Assembly (NCBI GenBank): GCA_030324005.1
Contig: JARDVH010000106.1
Coordinates: 43,893,538-43,957,119 of the forward strand
Direction: 5' to 3'
DNA length: 63,582 nt
From: Negaprion brevirostris
Taxonomy: Eukaryota
Positions 26,903 to 39,480 of the stretch are shown here, piece after piece. The notes under the pieces were generated by a model that saw only the letters and a list, made by a program, of their open reading frames with translations, was not told where the DNA came from and made no database searches. The first letter of the stretch is position 1; each line of letters begins with the position of its first letter. The translations under genes and the position numbers were made by a program.

Positions 26903-27481
26903 AGGCTACAAGAGCAGTTCAGAGGATTGGAATTCTTCAGTAAGTGACTCAAATCCTAATTCACCAGAGCCTTTTCACCATTTACAAGAAACAAGTCAGG
27001 AGTGTGACAGAATATTCCCCATTTGCCTGGATGAGCTGATTTCCAGCAACACTCAAGGAACCTGACTTCATCCAAGGCAAAGCAACTCAGCATTAACCAA
27101 CCCGCTGCACTGCTGTAAACACACAGTCCTTCCAGCATCAGCACAAGATGGATGCAGTGTTTACAATCAATGAGCTGCATAACAGAAACATGCCAAGACT
27201 TCTTTAATAGCATTCTAATGCCTTGACATTTTCTACCAAGAAGTAACAGGGTAACAAGCACATGGGAACACCATCTCTTCCAAGTTCCTCTCCAAGTCAC
27301 ACACCACCCTTACTTGGAATCATTCCCTCCCTAACAGCACTGCAACAGTATCTTCACCACACAGATTGCAGTGGTTCAAGAAAGAGTTTCACAACCAGCT
27401 TCTCAAGGGCAGTTTGGAATGGAAAATAAATGATGCCATTGTCTGCAACACCCACATACCATGAATGAATGATTAAAAAAG
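26903..27481 (+). mobile_element. CR1/L2-group LINE 3' end
   Basis: TIYKKQVRSVTEYSPFAWMS motif. The tail caagggcagtttggaatgg...aataaatg...cccacataccatgaatgaat is shared with the MetaSINE at 3630. Confidence 0.8.
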
Positions 27482-28266
27482 AACAGGATATGTAATAACA
27501 AATCAGTGTCTAAATAGATGTGTTTTTAAGTTGTAATAATGTATTACATGTTTTTTTTCAGAACAAAGAGGTCCTAATTAACCATCAGTGTACCATCATC
27601 AATCATTAGAGAATAAAGTTTCTGAAGCTGTCATTTTAGAGGGGGAGATAACTGTAGTTTTCAAGAAAGGAGGGACATGACCAGAGAAAGAGATATGTTG
27701 ACATGGTTTGTGAGTGCGGGGTTGAAGAATGGACAATTGTATGGTCGTGAATTGAGATGGACGGAGAATAAGAAACATCCACAACTGACGTGATGCAGTT
27801 AATAACACAGGGAAGAAGTGGTAGCAAAACATACACACCACTCAACACTGTGGAACTTCATAACATTAATTCACTTTTAATACACCTTTTAAGAGGTTTT
27901 ATTTTATTGAGCAGAAAATAAATCACTGACTGTCTGAAAGCTTGGTAAACAAAGCAGCTGAAACAATAAAGTCATCTGAAGGACTCAGAACAGCTGTGGT
28001 GACATTAAAGTTGAGAGCACATTGGTGACCTTCGCCATCAATGGCCATGCATTGCAGTTGACTATTTAGTCTTGCAGATCCTTGACAGCAATTGGTACAG
28101 CTCAGTCATTGTCTGTTTGTGGACAAAAGCCTCCATGATGCCTAGCTGGTGACTTAGCTGCAGCATACCAGCTGCATTAAGTCGTACCTTGCATGTAAAC
28201 TCTGCAATCACATTTTGAAATAACTTATTTTTCTACTTCTTCTCCAGCACAGTCAATCCAACCAAT

Positions 28267-28560
28267 GCAGCACTGTGGCACAGTGGTTTTCACTGCTGCC
28301 TCACTGCACCAGGGATCCGGGTTCAATTCTTGGCGTGGGTCACACTCTCTGCGGTGTCTGCACATTCTCCCCCTGTCTGTGTGCATTTCCTCCGGGTGCT
28401 CTGGTTCCCTCCCACAGTCTGAAAGACGTGCTGGTTAGGTCATTGGCCATGCTAAATTCTCCCTCAATGAACCCACACAGGCACCAGAGTGAGGTGGCTA
28501 GGGGATTTGTTAATGCAGTGTTAATGTAAGCCTGCTGGTGACTAATAAATAAACTTTAAA
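28267..28560 (+). mobile_element. V-SINE (HE1-like), tail type A
   Basis: tRNA head (tggcacagtgg...ggttcaattc), V-domain (ctgcacattctcccc...tttcctccgggtgctctgg), tail gcagtgttaatgtaagcc...aataaataaacttt. Confidence 0.9.
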
Positions 28561-30733
28561 AATAATCAACAATACCCTTGGATACACAATTCCAAAATCT
28601 CATCTTTTGAAAAAACCACTAAGTGAGGCTTTGACTGGGAGTACGTTGTGCAGTCTCTCTGTGGCTCTGCTGCAAAATGTCTCCTGGTTCATTGTTAATA
28701 GTCACAATATGTTCAATTGGCCTTTTTCTTTATTTTGATTTGGAAGTGGTTGGAATCCTCAGAGTGGCACTAAGAATGGACAATACATTCATTGTTGCTT
28801 TTTCCTCAGATTGCTGTTCTGTCATGTGGTTCCCAGAAGTTCAAAATAACCACCTCTATAAACTCGAACGCTGGAGATACATCAAATGTATTTCTCAGGT
28901 CAGAGCATATGTTGCAGCCTAATACATTGTTTGTATGATAAAAAGGCCAGCATTTTCCATTTTCTTTATTATCGGAAGGATTTGGTGACAGGAGCAGAAA
29001 ATCTCATGAGAGGCCCAAATCGCATTTTATGTTGGCACAAAGTCTTGCTATGATTGACCCACCACCATCGCTCCTGCTCCCCTCTTTCCCCCGCCCTCCA
29101 ATCACTTTCATAATGGGCATTCCCAAACATTGGGAACACTATTATAATAAATTTGAGTCTAATTATCAGGCCTCTGTGCCTGACTATGCCCCACGTTAGA
29201 TTATCCATTCAACTGGTCTCCCATTGCATTCAGCTGGCAAGCAGGTCTGCTGGAGGAGCTCAGGTGAATGCATTGTTTGATGGGAAGGAGTGGCGGGGTC
29301 AGTCATGCCCAGGCAATACCGCCTAGACAGTGTTGGAGGCAGGGCGAGGGGATTGTTGTGCGTGAGTGTGATGGGGGCAGGGGAGTGGCTTGGGAATGGT
29401 AAAGGGTTGGGTGTGGGTTCCAGGGTCCATTCTAACTTTTGTATACTGGAGCAGTCTTTTAAAATGCTACCCCAATCTTTAAAAACTAAGTTGCTAGCAG
29501 GGTGGGCTTGCCAATGTGCCAACATGGGACCAGTCGATTCAAGTGTTTTTAAATAAGTTTCAAGCAACACGGCAGAGAAAACAGCCATTGGAGCCAGTAA
29601 CTACAATACTGCTTTTCCCACCTGCTGTCCCACTTTGCATTTAGAATAGGAAATTCCACAGTCTGTAGTACAGAAGTGAGTGATGTGGCATTCTGAATGC
29701 TTATGTACACATACATGTAAAAATATGGCTCCTAAATCACATTGGAGTAATATAACAATATGACAATTTCAAAGCTCTTTGCCCATATTTGTTTTTGTCA
29801 ATGGGGGAGAACCTTGGTGGCAATGGGAGCTCAAGTACTGAATCATTTGGTGCTACTGTGCCCTTCAATGCACCTGGAAACTATATAATTAGACAATTGT
29901 TTATGTCTTTCAAACTGCTGTATTGCTTAAACTGTGTTTAATTACTGGCTGCTGCTTATTTCTGTGATTGGCTACCTGTGAATAGTCTTGATCTGAAGTG
30001 ATCGGGGTATGAGTATCTGAGTATCTCAGTGATACTCACTGAGTTTCACTGATGGAATGAGGGAGGTGGAACAGGAAACATTTGGTTCGCTTGCACCCAC
30101 CCCCATCATCTCAACACAGCAAATGGCCAAGTAGTGGCTGGCTGGCGGGAAGGTGGTTAATTGGCCTTGGGAAGGGGGTCCTTAGCCACTGGGATGTCTA
30201 GCAGAAATGTTAAGCAGGAAACGGGCTATGTCAAGAACCAGAAGTCAGTTATGGCTTTGAAATTAAAAGCCCCTTGCCCTCTTCCTCTCTCCTTATTTGT
30301 AAAAGCAGCCTAAACGCAGTAAATATGTAAAGTCTAACAATGTCCAAGTGCTGCCACCTTCACCAGCAGACTCTGCTGCTATAACAGCCTTGGCCCCACT
30401 TTCAGGTCTTTTTATCCAACATTGTATTGCTTCGTCATAACTGGCATGAAGCACTCCCAAACATTCTGCCACCCAAATACTAAAAAATTAAGTTGGCAAT
30501 GAAAAGTTGCAGTCAATTGAGTTTTAATAAGCTCAATGGCTTTTAATTGTCAATTCTAAAGCAGCAGATGAGCTTCTGATTTTGGCATCAACTTGCCTTC
30601 TTGGTATGAAGGCATCAGATTGCTGACCCAACATCATCTTGCCATATTCTGTGCAGGCATCGGGGTGGCAGTGACCCACTTAATTTATGACCATAAAATC
30701 CAGCCCCCGTGTTACTGTACAGAAAACAATACA

Positions 30734-30937
30734 GCCAGGATTTTCCACCCTCCCCCGTGATGGGTTTTCCCATACCGGATATGGCAAGTCTGGCCGCTAG
30801 TGGGATTTCCCAATCCCAGAAAAGTCAATGGATTTTTGAGTGTCTCGCCCGCCCTGCCACTGGGGAATCCATTGCAATGCATTGACTTCGATGGGACTGG
30901 AAGATCCTGCTGGTGAGAGGGACTGGAAAATCCTGCC
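30734..30937. mobile_element. Short Harbinger-type MITE
   Basis: TIRs gccaggattttcca / tggaaaatcctgcc and an internal inverted gtcaatg/cattgac. Confidence 0.75.
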
Positions 30938-32990
30938 AGTTCAGTTCAGAGGAAGCAAAAGACTGCCTATGGAAACATATGCTTGAAACAAAGGAAAAGC
31001 ATTTGAAGATAACCAAAACTCCAATGGTGTATTACATCAGTAGAATAACAGATATATATGCCTGACTATGACGGAGGTGAAATTCGTGATGAGAGAAGGA
31101 TCATCAAAAAGGTAAATATGGATAAGAAAAATTATTCAGGTCATCTTAGCTCCATCTATGTGAAAATCATTTGGTTATAAACTCCCAGCAGTACAAAGGA
31201 AGAGCTCAACACATTCGAGCTGCAGTTATTTGTTTAATTTTCCACTATATATATGTTGTTTCCATGAACATGTCTATACAGTGGAAAATGCAATAAATTT
31301 CATAGATACTCTAGACAGGTAGCTTATTTAGTAATAACCCTCTGACAGACCACTCATTAATTAGTTGGTTAACTGAACAACCTCTTACCAAAATATTCCA
31401 GCAACAGTTATATGATCTGCTGAGCTATTTTGATGACACTGGTAACATCCTGTTAAATACACCCCATTAAATTTATGAATTACAATTAGATAGAAATTGC
31501 CGCATCGACAGCCTCTAAAAAATAAAACAGGGTGAAAGTTTTGGACTGTAATTTTCATTGGCGTCTGTGGAAGGCAACCATTTCATATGGTTGAATTACT
31601 TGACCGTTTTAGGAAAGCAGAATCTTCTGGATTGCAAAATGTGTACCGTGGTCAACTTCAATAACAAATGGAACATTTGCTTAGAAATATCTAATAAAAT
31701 CAAATGAATAAAAATTACAGATCTTGCCAATGGCTTGTGTACTGAAGCTTTTCAGCCAATGCTCTAAACACTCCAACTGATCAATTATTATTATAATCAG
31801 ATACATGGACGTTAACTTCCATTGTGGAAATATTATCCTAACGTATTATTATGTGCATCCGCCAGTATTGTGCAACAAACAAAAATGTGCCTGTCAAAAC
31901 GTTTTTTTTTAGCAGCTAATGCAATACTTTGATCCTCTCTCATGTGGAGTAATTAGAACGTAAGCTCTTCCATTAGATTGCTCCTTTAGACTGGGAAATA
32001 CAGTGCAAGAATAAATTCTTACCCTTCTTCTTCCCAGCGAGTGCGTTTCACCAGCCTCAGCCTGAATGTTTGACTGCAAATAATCTCTGTACCGGGCAGA
32101 GCGTGGGATATTATTCATATATCCCGGGAGGACTCTACCTACCAGACTGATGTTCTCTTCCTTTCAAGTAAGAGCGTGTAACTGAGGACAGATGGAGGGA
32201 ATTTTAAAAATAGGCATGCTTAGCATGGTTTTGATGGAGCCACCTGAATGCTTTCATGAGCCTTTCCCTTTTTATTCTATATTTGGTTTACATTTCTTTT
32301 TACAACATGTCATTAAAACAACTAACTATGTCTCATGCAGAGTTTTTATTGAGATCTCTTCTTTTGACATTGAACATCTGACCATTTTGCTTCACTTCCC
32401 CTTACCTCTTGGTAACTGGATTCACATTTGTGGCTTAATTCTTTGTCAGAATGCTCTCTTCTTAGATTATTATTTTCCAGACTCTTCAGTTGGTCTATAC
32501 CAATTCTTCCTTTACCCCTCTTTTCATTACCATACTGAATCTCAGAATATGTCAGGTTTCTGGCACTTCAATGTCTCTTACTTTAATGTGCCTATCTGGG
32601 ACACTCTTCCCATACTTTCCCCATCCTTTTGCCCTTAATATGTCCCCTACCCCTTCACCTTCCCAGAACTGATTCTCACTTCTATCATTTCCCCTACCAT
32701 TCCTATTTATTCGCCATTGAACACCCCACTCAATCCTACATCTCCCCCCACTTCCTTGTTCTGTTGCCACTCACTTCACTTTTAAATTCAATTCCCCTCA
32801 TCTCCACCATTCTCTACAAGGATAAGGGATAAAAAATCAGAGGTATCTTTACATTCAAATAATTTCTGTGTTTCACATCACTTCCTATTCTCACTTCCTT
32901 TATGGTTCCCTCAAAGTATTTTTGCTTTCAAAATTCAACTTAAAAAATAGTTACAGTAACCGCTTTTCTATCTACATGTATCTAGCTCTC

Positions 32991-33099
32991 TGTCTGGCCT
33001 ACATGTGACACCAGGCCCACAGCAATGTGGTTGACTCTCAAATGTGCTCAGGTCTAGCCCAGCCAGCGACACCCACATTCCACGAACAAATAAAAAAAA
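32991..33099 (+). mobile_element. MetaSINE 3' fragment
   Basis: gtctggcctacatgtgacaccaggcccacagcaatgtggttgactctc...gccagcgacacccacattcc...aataaaaaaaa, homologous to 3670-3802. Confidence 0.75.
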
Positions 33100-33100
33100 G

Positions 33101-33310
33101 TTGGCTGGACAACTAGCTTGGGATGCAGAATGACACCATCAGTACGAGTTCAGTTCCCCTACCAGCTGAGGTTATTCATGAAGGCCTGCTTTTTCAACCT
33201 TCCCCCTTGCCTGAGGTGAGTTGACCCTCAGGTTAAATCACCACTAGTCAGCTCTCCCCCTCAAAGTGGGAGCAGCGTATGGTCATCTGGGACTATGGCG
33301 ACTTTACCTG
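33101..33310 (+). mobile_element. tRNA-derived SINE, family unassigned
   Basis: B-box-like gagttcagttccc followed by gcctgaggtgagttgaccctcaggttaaatcaccac...ctgggactatggcgactttac, a SINE body I recall from shark sequence. Confidence 0.6.
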
Positions 33311-33439
33311 ACATTAATAGTCAGCCGGAGTCAGGGGTTGTTCCCCAGACTAGAAAGATTCTGTTAAACAGGTGTTAAGGCAAAAGTGGTAACTTTAGGC
33401 CAATTGCTCGACTTAAATAATACACGGGGCAAACATAAG

Positions 33440-33625
33440 TATCATCAGAGATAGCTTGTATGATCACACAGCTAGAGAAAGCTCTATCAGTGATATTGAG
33501 CATATTGGGGAAAATAAGGTCATGTCTTAAAATTGTGAAAGAATGTTTTGAAGAAATCATCAGATTTGAGGATGCATATTACTTACTTGACTTTCAGAAG
33601 GATTTTGATAAGGTATGCACAATGA
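33440..33625 (+). mobile_element. Very old CR1 RT fragment
   Basis: RSCL..LLDFQKDFDKV corresponds to the CR1 RSCLTN..YLDFQKAFDKV motif. Confidence 0.55.
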
Positions 33626-34862
33626 CTGGCAAATTTGCTTTGACCTATCCTTGGGGATTTGATCATTTGAGATTTGATCACAAGACATTTGCCAACTGCA
33701 AGGATTATTGCAGTTATGGCAAATTGAGTGATCAGTACTCCAAGCATCAAATACAATAGCTGTTTTTTTTAGTGAGATGAATAGCATAACGTATGCAAAG
33801 GAGGAACACAAATAAAGGGAGATTTAAGGATAATTGAGATTTAAATAAAAACTTACTCTGTGACATTTCCAAGATGCTGACTACAATGAAAAACAGTATT
33901 CAATATAAAATCCTCATAAATATAAACAACTTAAAACTAACTTTCATACAATTTTATGACTCCTTACACAATTTATAAAAACAATAAATAAGACAAAAAA
34001 TAAATTTAATTCAATTGTTTGACTTCTACACTCCATTGCAGCCCAGCTTCAGGGAATAAGCAGCACCAAAGCTGCCTCACTCCCAGAAGNNNNNNNNNNN
34101 NNNNNNNNNNNNNNNNNNNNNNNNNNNNNNNNNNNNNNNNNNNNNNNNNNNNNNNNNNNNNNNNNNNNNNNNNNNNNNNNNNNNNNNNNCCCTGCATGGC
34201 TCCAAACTCCCCTCAAACTCAAGTTGCTGCGGCTGGAGGCATTTCCTTCACATTGTTTCTTCACGCGTGGTTACCCAGGACCTCACAGCTCGGGAAATGA
34301 AGTCCAGGCTCTCAGCCATCTAAGCACTTTGCTTCAAAGTTCCTTCACATCTTGGAATACAATGTTCAATTCTGGCTGCCTCACTCCCAGAAGAAACCAC
34401 ATTATATAATAAAGCACATCATATGCCAACACAAACCCTTCTTCCCTCCAGTTTGTGCTGCTGTCTCTCCCCATTTCCATCTTACCTTGCTCTGCCTCAC
34501 CATTCCCAGTTTGTGCTGTTCTCTCTCACCTTCCCCATTTCATCCATCTCTTCTAGCTATTTTGTCAAGATCTTGCTCCCTCCTTTGTTTTCATTTTGCT
34601 CTCACTCTCAATCTACCAGTTTTTATGTTTTTATCTCCCTTCCAGTTCATGTTTCTCTCTCCCTCCCTCTCTCAGGATCCACATAATCTTCAGATGATTT
34701 TTGTTGGCCTCAATGCCATCATGCTCACAACCAGCAACAAAGCGGTGTTTCCAAACAACTGGGGTTCAGCAGACCTTAGGGAATGTGGCTTGGTCACAAG
34801 CTACAGGACACCATGTATGCACAAATCATGCACACATGACCCATTACTGTCCATTCACTAGC

Positions 34863-34933
34863 AAAGTAAAGTAAAAGTTTATTTATTAGTCATAAGTAAG
34901 GCTTACATTAACACTGCAATGGAGTTACTGTGA
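34863..34933 (-). mobile_element. V-SINE type A tail fragment
   Basis: Reverse complement of 40866-40926. Confidence 0.75.
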
Positions 34934-35199
34934 TGCAGTGATTTCCAAAATCAATTGCCCATTCTGACAATTGGGCCACCAAAAACAGGGAGAATGGGAC
35001 CCTTACAGAAGAACTTCTTGTACCAAGACAGAAGACTACAGAACTAATGGTCATTGCTGCAGACAATTGAAAATTGAGTAAATTCCTGTAGGTAACAAGC
35101 TGCTGTCAGTTAATTGGAATGTTCGGGGACCTGTTACTACTGGTACCTCACATGGATTAATATTCGGCCTTTGTTACGTAGAACTTTCATGAATGACCA

Positions 35200-35650
35200 A
35201 GGTGTAGATGTTTGGTTCAATGCAATGGCACACAACTACAGTATAGCTCAGGCAAATGGGGTTCTGGATTATATTCAAAGGACAATGCATTACAATTCAA
35301 TGCACATCAACATTTTCTTTTATTAAACTTTGGTTGGGTATCAGTTAGAATAGTGTTCAGTTTTGCCTTCCTCACAGACTAAGGGGACTTTGAGGCTTTG
35401 AATAAGTTCAGAGGAGAGCCACCAGATGAATTCACAATTTAAATGCCTTTGATACCCAGATAGATCAAAAAACTGAGTTCAAATATTTTAGCAAAGTGTA
35501 GAATCAGGGAAGATTTGATCGCAGTTGATCATGGCTTGAATGTGTTACAATGTGTTCATATAGACTAATTCTCTCAGCTGGTTAAGGATGGTCAGACTTA
35601 GAAGTTATCTAAGGACAGAACTAGGTTCAATATTAGGCAGCTTTTTGCTT
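35200..35650 (+). mobile_element. Very old CR1 3' ORF2 fragment
   Basis: ANGVLDYIQR, LE.C/VQF, VQRRATR, and RIREDLI (RLRGDLI-like) motifs. Confidence 0.55.
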
Positions 35651-36004
35651 CCCCAAAATAGAGGACTGGTGAAATAGGATTTTGGCACTGTATGCAGTTG
35701 GACTTGGCGCTTGCTGGGCAGAGATAACCTCATACGAGGGGTAAGTATGGTGTTAATATGATGTCCTGAACTGATTATGCTCCAATATGACAACTGTGAA
35801 ACACGTGTGCATTCCAAGCTAGAGGTGGAATGCCACTCTATTGGCACAGGTAAAACAATAGCTGTCCAAGGTCTATACACCTGTCTACATATCTTTTTTG
35901 AGTCCCTTTTATAAAATTCGGATTTCCTGGATGCAACAAATTGGGCCAACTGTATTCAGGAAAATCAAATTTTTCTGGAATAGCTTGATCTTGGGTTCGG
36001 ACAT

Positions 36005-37063
36005 AGCTCGACACAACACCGAGGGCCATAGGGCCTGTACTGTGCTGTACTGTTCTATGTTTTATCTTTCTATGTTTCTATGAAGATTATTATCTGAATG
36101 GTGGCAGTTTAGGAAAAGGGGAAATGCAACGTGACCTGGGTGTCCTGTTGTAACAGTCGCTAAAGGTTAGCATGCAGGTAAGCAGGCAGTGAGGAAAGCT
36201 TATGGCATGCTGGCTTTCATAGCAAGACTTTTGAATGGACTTATCATACATTAAGCTGATCTTTCTTTAAACCTTATCAGTAACTGCAACATTATATTCT
36301 GCACCCTGTCCTTTCCTTGTTCCCATGTACTCTATGAATGGTATGCTTTGTCTGTAAAGTTCACAAGAAACAATACTTTTCACTGTTTCCCAATACATGT
36401 GATAATAATAACTCAAATCAATTCAATTTCAAAGAACATCAGGATGCTGCCTGGTATGGAAGGCTTTAGCTACGAGGAGAGGTTGGAAAAACTTGGTTTG
36501 TTCTCACTGGAACGGTGGAGGTTGAGGGGTGACCTGATAAAAGTCTACAAGATTAAGAGGGGAATGGATAGAGTGGATAGTCAGAAGTTTTTTCCCAGGG
36601 TGGAAGAATGAATTACTTGGGGGCATAGGTTTAAGTTGTGAGGGGCAAAGTTTAAAGGAGAAAAGGCAGGTTTTTTTTTTACACACAAGGTGGTGGGTGC
36701 CTGGAACTCGCTCTGGGGGGAGGTAGTGGAAGCNNNNNNNNNNNNNNNNNNNNNNNNNNNNNNNNNNNNNNNNNNNNNNNNNNNNNNNNNNNNNNNNNNN
36801 NNNNNNNNNNNNNNNNNNNNNNNNNNNNNNNNNTACACACAAGGTGGTGGGTGCCTGGAACTCGCTCTGGGGGGAGGTAGTGGAAGCGGATACGAGGGTG
36901 ACTTTTAAGGGGCATCTTTACAAATACATAAATAGGATGAGAATACAGGAATATGGTTCCTGGAAGGGTAGGGGGTTTTAATTCAGATGGGCAGCATGGT
37001 CGGCATATGCTTGGAGGGCTGAAGGGCCGGTTCCTGCGTTGTAATTTTCTTTGTTCTTTGTTC
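36005..37063 (+). mobile_element. Cluster of CR1 3' fragments with a nested Rex1 3' UTR (36227-36432)
   Basis: MLPGMEGFSYEERLEKLGLFSLERWRLRGDLIKVYKI; tails gggcctgtactgtgctgtactgttctatg and gaagggccggttcctgcg..ttgttctttgttc. The Rex1 piece is homologous to 2155-2350. Confidence 0.85.
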
Positions 37064-39019
37064 AAATCTTCTTCCAGTCCTTAAATGAATTGTTATAGGA
37101 TGCCATCTGTGAAGGTAAGTTTGGAAAAAGTTATCCAACCTGAATGTGGAGGCAGGCCATCCAGCTGTGCTCCTCCCAATGTTATATCAGTAGGTTTGGA
37201 GTCATTGGGTGGATTTGGGATAGTCGGGTAAATGGGAGATAATCAAGTGGGATGGGGGGGTATTTGTATGTGGAGAGGGGTTTGATTGTTGAGTGTTGAT
37301 TGGGGGTTGGTTGTGCTGTTATTCAGTCATTAGACCAGATTTTAAACAGTCTGACATTTCATGGGTAAGTATACAGGTACGTCATGCGTATTTGGTCCAT
37401 GTGTCTGCCCTGAGTCTGGGATCAAGGAGATTGCTAGAAGGTCTCAGGCAGCAACAAATTATCCCATCAGAACTTCAAACTTCAGGGGCAATTTCCACAT
37501 ATATCCATGTGTCAGGACTCCCACAGGGTCCTAATGTGCATTTTGTGTTGTATGTCCTGTTTCTAATGATCCAGGAGCAGGAAGACGTGGGGTGTCCTTT
37601 TTAACTTAATTAAATCCATTTAGATTCAAGAAAGGCCACCAACCTACTAAAACATTAATGGCAAGCACCTTTAAAATCTGATGTTGATTGAGAAAATTAA
37701 TGGCCAGATGATTAGAAAAGTTATCCTAGCAAAATCTTATTTTACACTTTAATATTAAGCTGCAAGGTTCGCCTGAAGACTATCGGCTCAAAGGATAAAT
37801 AGATAATGTACAAAAAAAATTGCTTGGATGCTGATCATATATAAATCTGTTTCACTTCACCCATTTTATCAAATTCATTTTAATTGTAGTATTGAAAGCT
37901 TTAAACGTTGCTGGAAGGTCTGAATGACTACATTTGGACGAATTGCCGATTTTGTTTCTGAGCAAAATCGGGTTTAGTGCTTTGATTCTTTAGGAACATT
38001 TCTGCATAAACCCATTTGATTGTTTTTTGTAAATATGCATTTTACATCAACAATTAAGAATTAGAAATTGGATATACCTGTGCCTGAGCCACGCCTGAAA
38101 TAAAACAGGTGCAATGCAGCTCAATTCCAGATACCAATGTCCTCCACTCAAAAAGAGAACTAACCTCAAAGCAGATCAAAGCATTTTTCAGGAGACTTGC
38201 TGGGCAAGGCACTAAGCGTGCGAGAGATGGCCAATCATTATGGCTTATAACGCCACAGGAAACTGGTGACACAGGGTACAAAAGAAGGTACAAACTTCAC
38301 CTGGCATGGGTGTAGCCTAGGAGCTCTGTGCCATGGCAAAAGCTAACTACAATTAGCTCTCTTTCCTGCTCTCCTCCTCCTTCTCCCATACTTACTTGCC
38401 TGAGGGGCATTTACATTGAGTAAGGTGCCTAAAATCAGTCAGGCCAGAGGATACACAATATCTGTTGGCAGTTCATCAGGCATACTTAGGTGAGGCCTAA
38501 TCTCCAATTTTAGACTAGAACTGAGCAAATGTTGCTTAGGCCATAAGTTTCCAGGATAACAAATCCTACAAGTCAAGAAATTCTGAATGGCGGTGTTGCT
38601 AACCATGACAAACCATTGAGTTTCACTTGTATTGATATGTCACCAGCACCATTCAGTTGAATCACAGCCTCACATTCAGCATTTATGTGTGTGTATATTT
38701 ATTATCTCGTGATGACTTGCATTGTTCAATCACTCAATTTCCACACTAATGTTAGCAATTAGTTTTTAATTTGCTTTTATTTGCCTCCCTCACAGTTATT
38801 GTTATTCTGGGCAATAAATTAATCCGCAGCCAAGAAAAAAGTTGGCAAACTTTTCTCAGGCCTTTCACATTGTGACTCTTTAACCCTTGCCATACAAAAA
38901 GCAGCACAATGGACATTCATGACTGCAATTTCTCATATTATAAATTCCAATATTATCCCTGTTGCCTGAAACAGAAACGTCCCCGCATACTGGAATGGCA
39001 AAAACATCTGTGTGTGTGC

Positions 39020-39480
39020 AATTCTATTCTCTGTTTTCCTCTCTTGCTCCAGTCCCACCATCCCCAATTATTTCCTCTCTTTCTTGCTCCTTCACTCCAT
39101 GTTAATATTTTTCTTTTTGTATTCTCATGCTTTCCTCTTCTCTTCTATTCCCTATACTTCCTGCACTCCTCTATATTCTGTCTCCATCACAGTGCCCCAT
39201 TTTTCATCTCACTGCATTTCTTTTTTTCTCTCCATCTCATCCTTCCCTTGAGGGTTTGTTCCTTTGTTCTTCATTTTCTTAAGGTAACTGATTTCTCTCT
39301 TTCTGTATCTAGCCCCTTTGCTTTATCCATCTTATATTTCTTTCACATCGGTCATTACCCCTGTTTGTTTCAGTTTTCTCTTTTTCATTCAATATTTGAG
39401 TTTCCATTCTTTCTTCTCCTTGCGTTTGCTCTCTCTATCTTCTCTTTCACCTTGTACGAGGCCAATTCTCATTTTGCACA
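39020..39480. repeat. Polypyrimidine low-complexity tract
   Basis: C/T-rich on the + strand. It gives the spurious F/L/S-rich ORF 38909-39514. Confidence 0.7.

Noticed and set aside
28267-28335. tRNA-like A and B boxes (also at 40655, 42834, 47387, 62674)
   Set aside because: These are SINE heads followed by the V-domain, not tRNA genes.
35650-36004. Protein-looking frames between CR1 fragments (e.g. IPEKFDFPEYSWPNLLHPGNPNF on -, GTGKT on +)
   Set aside because: Interrupted by stops, with no recognisable family and no clear splice, poly-A or TSD support. BLASTX would be needed.
36680-36887. ~54-bp direct repeat around an N gap
   Set aside because: Same gap-overlap artefact, inside a CR1 3' end.
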